A stretch of DNA of 32,000 bases. It comes from Candidatus Saganbacteria bacterium (GTDB taxonomy: Bacteria > Margulisbacteria > WOR-1 > JAKLHX01). The notes beneath the pieces were generated by a model that was given only the letters and a program-made list of their open reading frames with translations, did not search any database and was not told the DNA's origin. Positions 12,516 to 20,005 of the stretch are shown here, piece after piece. The DNA lies in assembly GCA_026387835.1 (NCBI GenBank), contig JAPLKZ010000005.1, positions 243,071 to 275,070 of the forward strand, written 5' to 3'. The translations under genes were made by a program, and so were the position numbers. Each line of letters begins with the position of its first letter. The stretch's first letter is position 1.

Positions 12516-13346
12516 ATGAAAAATAAAACACTCGCAATTTTCGGTATAGGAACGTATATCTTATCTGTCTTGTTGTCTGCTACAGATTCGGGAGGCAATT
12601 CTGTTGCGCCAATTACATTAATCTCAATATCGGGAATAGCAACCGCGGTATTTATCATTATGGCGATAGTCCGCCTCTGGAAGGAAGAAAAAGGCGCATC
12701 AATAACACTTGCATCTTCGGCTATTATTCTTTTTATATTGTCAGTAGTTCAGGGTTTTGCCTCACCTTCGTACGGAAGTCCACTCATCATTATGTTAAAC
12801 ATAACCAAAGTATTTTATTTCATCGCATTTATTTGGACGATAATAGTACTTTATAGAAGTAAAGTAATTAATTCGCACATGATTACCAAAATAGATAATT
12901 ATCACTTAAACCAACCCGTAAATGAAGCGCCGGATTTGAAGGAATACACAGCCGAAGAATATCAAATGTTTGAGATGGCTGGATATAAAAGGATATCTGA
13001 AAATGAAAAAATCTTTAGAGGCGGAATTGTTAAATTCGCTTATATTCCGTGGGGCGAAACAACTATCGGAACTATAGATAATAAAATCTACAAAATATCG
13101 TTACAATTAATCACCCAAAACGAGATCTTAGCAAAAGAAGTGTTTAAAACCACCCTCAATTACTTAATAGAACAAATGGACAAATATAGTGAACATCCAT
13201 TTCTATCTAATAAATATATTTGGGATGCACCTGAGGGGAATATCATTTATGAGCAAATAAATAGATTTAATCAGCATTGCATAAACATTTTTATTACTTC
13301 AAGCTCTATAAGAGATCAAGTGAAGAATTATATTTCAAAACACTAG
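12516..13346 (+). CDS. multi-helix membrane protein with soluble C-terminal half, unknown function
   Basis: 276 aa; four hydrophobic segments in the first ~125 residues. Confidence 0.82.
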   Translation: MKNKTLAIFGIGTYILSVLLSATDSGGNSVAPITLISISGIATAVFIIMAIVRLWKEEKGASITLASSAIILFILSVVQGFASPSYGSPLIIMLNITKVFYFIAFIWTIIVLYRSKVINSHMITKIDNYHLNQPVNEAPDLKEYTAEEYQMFEMAGYKRISENEKIFRGGIVKFAYIPWGETTIGTIDNKIYKISLQLITQNEILAKEVFKTTLNYLIEQMDKYSEHPFLSNKYIWDAPEGNIIYEQINRFNQHCINIFITSSSIRDQVKNYISKH

Positions 13347-13357
13347 GGGGAAAATAT

Positions 13358-13885
13358 ATGATTATTAAAGTTATTGTTGAAATCATTTTAGGATTTATTT
13401 TGTTGGGAGTTAGTTCTGCTTTTTGGAATTGTGTTAAATCTCCGAAATTCTTAGCGAATGTGCTGGGTGATTATGACGAATTAAAAAGGTTTTTCCATCA
13501 TCTAGGGAAAGAAAATATTAAACACGAAAGTGAAGTTGTTGATCCGAAAATTGGATTTTCGGCAAATATCGTTTTATGGATTAAAGCGAGCCTATCGGCG
13601 CTGGACAAAACACGCAACATGTTGCTGGTTGTAATAATAGGAATCTTTATCGGAAGTTATTTTCTAGGAAATATTTTCCTCTTAATCAATGCTGTTTTAT
13701 TCTTTATAATGGCTTTCCCAAGCATTTCTGCTGCTGCTAAAAATAATATAATTACTGATATTCATACGATAATGCTTAATGTCTACAAATGGAACAAAGT
13801 AAATCATGCTGAATGTGAGAGGTTTTGTAACTTAGAGCAGCCAAGGATTATGAAAAATATTTATAGAGTAGTAACTGAAGAATAA
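13358..13885 (+). CDS. membrane protein, unknown function (175 aa from the ATG)
   Basis: MIIKVIVEIILGFILLGVSSAFW... with RBS-like AGGGGGAAAA; hydrophobic segments at the N-terminus and centre. Confidence 0.75.
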   Translation: MIIKVIVEIILGFILLGVSSAFWNCVKSPKFLANVLGDYDELKRFFHHLGKENIKHESEVVDPKIGFSANIVLWIKASLSALDKTRNMLLVVIIGIFIGSYFLGNIFLLINAVLFFIMAFPSISAAAKNNIITDIHTIMLNVYKWNKVNHAECERFCNLEQPRIMKNIYRVVTEE

Positions 13886-13887
13886 AA

Positions 13888-13937
13888 GGATTTGCCGCCA
13901 AAGCGTAGGGCGTTTCAATTGGAGATTTAATAAAATA
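13888..13937 (+). pseudogene. second, more decayed Xre-tail repeat
   Basis: GGATTTGCCGCCAAAGCGTAGGGCGTTTCAATTGGAGATTTAATAAAATAA reads GFAAKA*GVSIGDLIK*. Confidence 0.55.
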
Positions 13938-13942
13938 AATTT

Positions 13943-14926
13943 ATGTCATTATTTAAGAAAAAATTAACCGAGCAAGAAGCCGCCTCTCATTTTGTCCTTT
14001 ATATTACAAAAGAGGCACAAAGTGCATGGCCTGCCATTTATAAAAGTCTTCAAGATTCTTTTAAAGATAAATTTGTTGTAGAAGACGAAACAATGGCAGC
14101 ATTTGATTTGGCTCTTGCCGCAATCGCCCAAGATTTACAGGCGGTAAATAATTTATTTCCAAAAGACCAAGCAGAAAGAATTGAAAAATGGGTTTTAAAA
14201 TGCATTAATACTGAAGATTGGGGCGAATATGCGGTTGGCGAAGTGAAAAAATATGGGGAAAGATTTCAAAAGGATATTCAAAATATCAATGCCGGTGGCG
14301 ATCCTTTGAGCGCCATCCCAACTCGCTTACTCCAGCAATGGCTAGGAAAAAATATTCAAGGCTTTGATGTAGAAATGAACGGAAAGAAAACCGGAATTAT
14401 AAGCCCCTTTCTTCTTATGATGGTTTCCAGTATGCTTGCCGCCTTTCTTGGAACTTGGAAAAAACTAAAGGATGATTTTAATCTTGTTGAGGGCGACATA
14501 CCTTTTGATGAAAAACCAAGTGGCTTGAAAGATTATGTACCCGAGCCGGATGAAAAAAAGCCTAACGGAACTATTCAATATTATGATGAAAACGGGAACC
14601 TAAAAGAGAAATGGTTGCCACCGGAACAAATAAATGAACTTTTAAAGAAAGACGGCGCAAAGCGACTTTATAAAGTACTCGTTAAGGGACATTGGGACGG
14701 TGTTAAGGAAGCCCTTTGGGAACTTTCTGATGATACTGCTCAAAAATATGTTGATGAAAATGGTTATGCTTATGCAATTTGCACTTACGACACAGGAGAA
14801 TTAAAATATTACTTTATTTCAAGAAGATTATGGGAGAAACAAGAGCAAATGGGAAAAATCTTGATGGATCAAAATTTATCACCGGAACAACAGCAAGAAG
14901 CAGTTAGAAAATTAATGGATGACTAA
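13943..14926 (+). CDS. unknown 327-aa protein
   Basis: Single long ORF with good coding character; no recognised family. Contains TIQYYDENGNLKEKWLPPEQINELL, and one hydrophobic stretch (ISPFLLMMVSSMLAAFLG). Confidence 0.82.
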   Translation: MSLFKKKLTEQEAASHFVLYITKEAQSAWPAIYKSLQDSFKDKFVVEDETMAAFDLALAAIAQDLQAVNNLFPKDQAERIEKWVLKCINTEDWGEYAVGEVKKYGERFQKDIQNINAGGDPLSAIPTRLLQQWLGKNIQGFDVEMNGKKTGIISPFLLMMVSSMLAAFLGTWKKLKDDFNLVEGDIPFDEKPSGLKDYVPEPDEKKPNGTIQYYDENGNLKEKWLPPEQINELLKKDGAKRLYKVLVKGHWDGVKEALWELSDDTAQKYVDENGYAYAICTYDTGELKYYFISRRLWEKQEQMGKILMDQNLSPEQQQEAVRKLMDD

Positions 14927-14957
14927 AATTTCCGCCAAAGAAAAACTTGAAATCGTC
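14926..14957 (+). pseudogene. short recombinase N-terminal remnant
   Basis: CCGCCAAAGAAAAACTTGAAATCGTC (26 nt) identical to the intact recombinase sequence coding AKEKLEIV, opposite orientation to the intact gene. Confidence 0.65.
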
Positions 14958-15069
14958 CAATCCGAAAAGGTCGCCCAGCAGCGGGAACGGGGCGGCGGTT
15001 GGATGGCGGCAACCGCCGCCCTAAGGATCGGCGGTCAGCTCGGTTCTGATATTTTTATATAGTTCCCGA
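14958..15069. repeat. 112-bp inverted repeat, right copy
   Basis: CAATCCGAAAAGGTCGCCCAGC...CTGATATTTTTATATAGTTCCCGA; partner of 10284-10395 (110/112). Contains a strong GGGCGGCGGTT/AACCGCCGCCC hairpin. Confidence 0.97.
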
Positions 15070-15070
15070 A

Positions 15071-16219
15071 TTATTTCTTCCGCAGCACCCACATCATCTC
15101 TTTCACTCTTATATTCCTGTTCCTAAGGTTCCTTGACCCTCGGTAAGTATTATATTCGCTTGACATAAGCTTCCATTTTCCGTGTTTGGACAGGATGGAC
15201 TTGAAAGTCTTAACGGGGATTATCCCTTCATCATTGTAAGAGATAACGATGAATTTAGCTCTGGTGTTTTTCAGAAGTTGGTCCATTGCCTCTTCGGCAA
15301 GATGCCTTTTGTTATAAACGGACTTGTTCCAATCCCGCGTGATCCCGCTGACGCCGTCCTGGATATAAAAGTTTTTATAGTCATTTATAAGGTTCAGCAT
15401 GAAATAGTTTGACCCGTAAGGATGCTGGTTATAGGGCGGGTCAAGATAGACAAGATCGAACTCCGGAAGATTTGTGTCTTTAACAAGCCGATTAATATCT
15501 TTTTTTAGTACAACGACCTTACACTCGATATCAGAGAATACCGGCACTTCAAGGGTTATTTCCTTTTTTATCCTTGAGAGGGCATTCTCGCCTTTGCCTC
15601 CGAAATGGCCGATGCCGTTCTTCTTGTGGAACCCTTTGAAGACGCCGGAAGTGTTCGTGTGTATAGATGCTTCCACCAGAAGCGATGCAAGACAGAAGAC
15701 GCGGTATTTTTCGGGAACGTCTTTGTCGATGAGTTTCCTAATATTATCGATGACCTGAGCGTTCTTGCTCGTATAAAAAACCCGCTCTCCGGATTTAATA
15801 TCCATATCATCCTTTGGCGAATAATTGAGGCTGATGAAACCTGGCTTATTTATGGATAATTTACGATCATTTAGAATGTCTATGTAATATTCAAGCTTTT
15901 TAACATTTATCTCTGATCTGTTTGCAAGATAACATCTGTTTAGCGTAAAACTGTAATTCTCAAGGTCATTGGCATACAGGACCTTTGCGTAATATTTCAA
16001 AAGCCTCGAAACTGAGCCGCTTCCCGCGAAACCGTCAAGGATAACAAGTTTTTCTTTGTTAAGTATTTTCTTAACTTTAGCAAACCCCTTATTAAGAAAG
16101 GAAAGGAGCGACCTTTTATTGCCGAGATAAGTTATCAGCTGAGAAGAAAAATATGGGGCATCTAAGTCAAGGTATTCCGGGGCATTGCCGGAAAATAAAG
16201 ATCGTTGTATGTGTGCCAT
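15071..16219 (-). CDS. D12-class N6-adenine DNA methyltransferase
   Basis: YLGNKRSLLSFL motif, LDGFAGSGSVSRLLK (motif I), FDLVYLDPPYNQHPYGSNYFMLN (motif IV DPPY). Confidence 0.92.
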   Translation of the reverse strand: MAHIQRSLFSGNAPEYLDLDAPYFSSQLITYLGNKRSLLSFLNKGFAKVKKILNKEKLVILDGFAGSGSVSRLLKYYAKVLYANDLENYSFTLNRCYLANRSEINVKKLEYYIDILNDRKLSINKPGFISLNYSPKDDMDIKSGERVFYTSKNAQVIDNIRKLIDKDVPEKYRVFCLASLLVEASIHTNTSGVFKGFHKKNGIGHFGGKGENALSRIKKEITLEVPVFSDIECKVVVLKKDINRLVKDTNLPEFDLVYLDPPYNQHPYGSNYFMLNLINDYKNFYIQDGVSGITRDWNKSVYNKRHLAEEAMDQLLKNTRAKFIVISYNDEGIIPVKTFKSILSKHGKWKLMSSEYNTYRGSRNLRNRNIRVKEMMWVLRKK

Positions 16220-16308
16220 TAACTATGGGGTAATTTTAACATATAAATCTTTAACTGAAAAATACTTGCCATTTTTCCGATATATGTTATTATAATGCCA
16301 AATAATCA

Positions 16309-16794
16309 ATGAGAAAGATCTCCAAAACAAAAGCAATTGCATTTGTAATTTTGTGTTATCTGCTGGCTTTGCCGGCATTATCTGTCCCTGTATTTTTAGA
16401 CGCCGGATTGAACGCGGGGAACTCCTCAGACGGCTCTATATCCGGCAAGAAGAATGCATGGTCCAGCAAATCGGGAAAAGATATGGTGTTCTGGATAAAG
16501 GTCCAGCCCGGATCCGATCTTGAAGAAGGTGAAATCAGATATCAGTTCATGCTTGACATGACGGCTCCCGATAAAGAAATGGTTCTTTCAGAAGGCCCTT
16601 ATAATTTCGATAACGGCGGGGAAGGCAGGATATTCAAGAATACCTGGTATTTTGCGAACGCCAGGACGATCAATTTTCCGACGCCCGAAGTGTACGGTAC
16701 CTGGGAGGTCGGCTTCAGTCTGCGGAACAAAAACACCGGAGAAGTGATAAAGGCAAAGACATTCAACTTCGAGTTCATCGACTCGACAAAGTAA
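16309..16794 (+). CDS. secreted protein, paralogous to the next gene
   Basis: Signal peptide AFVILCYLLALPALSVP; DMVFWIKVQPGSD...SEGPYNFDNGGEGRIFKNTWYFANARTINFPTPEVYGTWEVGF. Confidence 0.75.
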   Translation: MRKISKTKAIAFVILCYLLALPALSVPVFLDAGLNAGNSSDGSISGKKNAWSSKSGKDMVFWIKVQPGSDLEEGEIRYQFMLDMTAPDKEMVLSEGPYNFDNGGEGRIFKNTWYFANARTINFPTPEVYGTWEVGFSLRNKNTGEVIKAKTFNFEFIDSTK

Positions 16795-16813
16795 AAGAAA
16801 AGGAGAAAAAGGA

Positions 16814-17581
16814 ATGAAGAAGACAGTGCTTGCGGCGGCGGTACTTATTATGACGGCGGCATGTGTTTTTGCCGCGCCGGAGTTGAAGGACCTGGGGGTG
16901 AGCGCGGGGAGTTTTACGGAGAACAAAGTACTGGAAACGAAGACAGTGTGGATGTCCCAGCCTGAACAGTGGATGGTGTTCTGGGGCAAGATCGAGCCGA
17001 AATCGGATTATGACGGTGATTCCCCGAGATATTACGGCAAGATAGAGTTCATTTCTCCGGACAACACGCTCAAGATGACGGAAGGGCCGATCGCTTTTGA
17101 CCCTGACGGGACCGCAAAAATATTTAAGACAACATCATATTTTATAAATGCAAAAACGCCTGAGGTGCCGAAGCCTTTTGTATTCGGAAGGTGGACAGCG
17201 AATTTCTACATGTTTGACGAGAGGAATTCAGAGACGGTCCTTGCAAAGACCGCAAATTTCGAACTGATGGAGATGAGGCCAGTAGCCCCGGCAGTCACTA
17301 CGCCGGAAGCCGTTTCACCGAAGCCCAGCACTACGGTCGTACCAGTTACACCTGGCATAATGGCGACAGTAGAACCGTCGGCTGTAGGGACCTTTCCGAC
17401 GCCTGAGGTGAAGTCTGGAGCGGACAAGGCAAATGAAGAAGAAGTAAAAAAGTTAAAAGCCGAGCTTGACGAAATAAAAAAGCTGCTCGAAAAAAAGAAC
17501 GAAAGACCGGCAAGAAAAGCAAGGCCAAAGCCGGCGCAAAAAAAAGCCCCTGTAATACAAAAGACAAAAAGCACGATCTGA
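16814..17581 (+). CDS. secreted protein, paralog of the previous gene with a Lys/Pro-rich C-terminal extension
   Basis: Signal peptide; WMVFWGKIEPKSD...TEGPIAFDPDGTAKIFKTTSYFINAKTPEVPKPFVFGRWTANF aligns to the upstream neighbour. Confidence 0.8.
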   Translation: MKKTVLAAAVLIMTAACVFAAPELKDLGVSAGSFTENKVLETKTVWMSQPEQWMVFWGKIEPKSDYDGDSPRYYGKIEFISPDNTLKMTEGPIAFDPDGTAKIFKTTSYFINAKTPEVPKPFVFGRWTANFYMFDERNSETVLAKTANFELMEMRPVAPAVTTPEAVSPKPSTTVVPVTPGIMATVEPSAVGTFPTPEVKSGADKANEEEVKKLKAELDEIKKLLEKKNERPARKARPKPAQKKAPVIQKTKSTI

Positions 17582-17638
17582 ATAAAACCGCCGTCTTTAA
17601 TTGCACGCCAAACGATTTTTTGTTAGCATAAGATTGAT

Positions 17639-19108
17639 ATGCAGATAAACCTCGCCGGATACAATATCGATGCTGAAGTTCTGGAAGAGCTGAAAAAAGG
17701 GCCCGTCCAAAGGCAGGATGTCACGCCCGAGACGATCTCGGCCGCTTACGCGAGGATCAGCCGCGATCCGAGGCCGATCGACGAACTGCGCAAAGCCGCA
17801 AGGCAGGAGGTTGAAAAGGCCAGGAAGTCGAACAGCAGCATCATATTCAAAATGGGACATCACTCTGTGGCCGAGCACGCCGTATTCAATTTTGATCTGA
17901 TCGCCATATCGCGCCTCGCCGTGGAACACCTGGAGCATTTCAGGCTCTGTTCCTTCACGGAAAAATCCCAGAGATATATAACCCTTGAAGATGATTTTGT
18001 GGTCCCGGAAGAAATAAAAGGTTCAAAAGCTGAAGGGATCTTTGTTTCAACGATAAAGGAACAGAACAGGCTGTACCACCGGCTGAACGAAAAATTGCAG
18101 GCCTATGTCCTGAAGAAACACGCTGTCCTGGCAAAGGACCCGAAGAACGGAGTCCTTCTTGAAGGCTGGGCCAAAGAGGACGCGAGGTACGTGACAGCTC
18201 TTGCGACACAGGCGCAGCTGGGCCTCACGGTGAACGCCAGGAACCTTGAGCTCATGTTCAGGCGTTTCGCGTCGCAGCCCCTCTCAGAGATAAAAGAAAT
18301 ATCGAAAAAGATGTACGGGCTTGCGGCAAAGATAGCGCCTTCCATTATCTTATTTACGGAAGCGAATGAATTTGACGCAAAAACTTACCAGGAAATTAAA
18401 TCCAAAATAAATTCAAAAATCAAAATTCATCATTCAAAACAACCTGAAGTCAGGTTGATCGATCATACGAAAGATGCCGATGATGTTTTGGTGGCGAGCC
18501 TGATGTTCGCAGTGAGCGGAGAGGATTTTGAAAGCTGCGAAAAGAAGGTCAAAAAAATGTCCTTGGCAGAAAAAGAGCTTATTGTTAAAACCTCCGGCAA
18601 ATACATGCAGTTCTATGATACGGTACTCCGCGAGTTCGAGAACATCGATGTGACATTTGAAGTAATGCTGTCATCATCCTGTTTTGCGCAGCTTAAACGG
18701 CACAGGATGGCGACGATAATAACACAGCCGTATGATATCTCTCTCGGTGTGACAGTGCCGCCGTCGATAGACGAAATCGGCATGAAAAAAGCCTTTATGG
18801 AGATCATTGCAAGAACGGAAAAAGCTTATGAGATCGTCATGAAGACAAACTCTGCCGCAGCTCCTTACGTATTGACGAATGCTCACAGGAGAAGGGTCCT
18901 GTTCAAATGCAATGCCAGGGAACTGTATCATCTGTCCAGGCTTCGGGAGGACAGCCACGCGCAGTGGGACATCTGCAATATCTCAAGGATAATGAGCGAA
19001 GAAACTAAAAAGGTCATGCCTTTTGCGATGATGTTCATCGGGGGGAAGGACGGATATCCCGGGATCTATAAAAAGATATTTGGTGAATATCCGAAGGTGA
19101 TGGGGTGA
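17639..19108 (+). CDS. thyX: FAD-dependent thymidylate synthase (ThyX)-like, tandem two-domain form
   Basis: N-domain SIIFKMGHHSVAEHAVFNFDL...EHFRLCSFTEKSQRY; C-domain LKRHRMATIITQPYDISLG...NARELYHLSRLREDSHAQWDI. Confidence 0.85.
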   Translation: MQINLAGYNIDAEVLEELKKGPVQRQDVTPETISAAYARISRDPRPIDELRKAARQEVEKARKSNSSIIFKMGHHSVAEHAVFNFDLIAISRLAVEHLEHFRLCSFTEKSQRYITLEDDFVVPEEIKGSKAEGIFVSTIKEQNRLYHRLNEKLQAYVLKKHAVLAKDPKNGVLLEGWAKEDARYVTALATQAQLGLTVNARNLELMFRRFASQPLSEIKEISKKMYGLAAKIAPSIILFTEANEFDAKTYQEIKSKINSKIKIHHSKQPEVRLIDHTKDADDVLVASLMFAVSGEDFESCEKKVKKMSLAEKELIVKTSGKYMQFYDTVLREFENIDVTFEVMLSSSCFAQLKRHRMATIITQPYDISLGVTVPPSIDEIGMKKAFMEIIARTEKAYEIVMKTNSAAAPYVLTNAHRRRVLFKCNARELYHLSRLREDSHAQWDICNISRIMSEETKKVMPFAMMFIGGKDGYPGIYKKIFGEYPKVMG

Positions 19109-19986
19109 GGGCAGGGAAAAACATGCTTAAAAGAATTTTGCTGTTAATTTTAGCGGGAGCTCTTATTTTTCAACCATCATTTGCCGCCGGCAGGTTCTCC
19201 GGCCTTGAAGGCAAGTTGAGGTCTATCGCATATAAGAACTACGGCAGGCAGGTGTTCCGCGGATACTTGATCGGTGTATCGTTCATCGATGTCAATACAA
19301 AAAGGGCCGTCTCGGTGAACGGGAGCAGGCCTTTTCCCGCGGCATCCATAATAAAACTGCCGGTGATGGCATGCTTGTTCTCCATGTCCGACCGTAAGCA
19401 GATAAATTTGGGGGAGCACATCTATTTTTCGGATGAAGACAAGCTTCCCGGTGCCGGGATACTGCGGTGGCTGCAGCCGAACAGGTATACGCTATGGAAT
19501 TACTGCAGGATGATGATATCTCTTTCCGATAATACGGCGACAAGGATCATCATAGGAAGGATAGGCAGAAAAGCCGTGAACAGGTACTGCAGGAAGACAG
19601 GACTTTATAAGACCTATTTGTTGAATGCGAATCCTCTCACTGAACCTCCGGACAGGACGGTTAACATCACGACCCCTAATGATATCGCAAAATTGCTGCT
19701 GAGGATACAGAAAGGGGCGGGCTTTACTTCTTCGTCGAGAAAGGACATGCTTTCGTTCATGTTCAGCCAGAAGTACAGGTTCGGCATTCCGTTCGTTTTG
19801 CCAAAGGGCTTTAAATGCGCCAACAAGACCGGCAATATTTCTAACGTCCTCCATGACTGCGCTGTCGTGTACGCCCCGCGCGGCAAATATGTCCTCTGCG
19901 TTTTTACGAAAGGTTTCAGGCATGACCGGAGCGCGAGGGTGGTGATAAACAAGGTCTCGGCAGCCGTGGCGGGTTATTATAAATAA
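19105..19986 (+). CDS. class A beta-lactamase-fold serine hydrolase
   Basis: SIIK (SxxK), SLSDNTAT (SDN), TEPPDRTVNITTPNDIAKLL omega-loop region, NKTGNIS (KTG). Confidence 0.85.
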   Translation: MRAGKNMLKRILLLILAGALIFQPSFAAGRFSGLEGKLRSIAYKNYGRQVFRGYLIGVSFIDVNTKRAVSVNGSRPFPAASIIKLPVMACLFSMSDRKQINLGEHIYFSDEDKLPGAGILRWLQPNRYTLWNYCRMMISLSDNTATRIIIGRIGRKAVNRYCRKTGLYKTYLLNANPLTEPPDRTVNITTPNDIAKLLLRIQKGAGFTSSSRKDMLSFMFSQKYRFGIPFVLPKGFKCANKTGNISNVLHDCAVVYAPRGKYVLCVFTKGFRHDRSARVVINKVSAAVAGYYK

Positions 19987-20005
19987 AATAAGTTATAATT
20001 ATTAT

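Larger units (their letters stand above)
8691..15069. mobile_element. composite serine-recombinase island inserted at the 3' end of tRNA-Ser(GGA)
   Basis: Serine recombinase next to the tRNA, AT-rich cargo, and three related junctions sharing CCGA at 8688-8691, 10284-10287 (reverse strand) and 15066-15069. Large inverted repeats are also present. Confidence 0.75.

Noticed and set aside
10128-15069. Diversity-generating retroelement, retron or CRISPR-Cas in the island
   Set aside because: No reverse transcriptase, template/variable repeat pair, Cas-like ORF or spacer array is visible.
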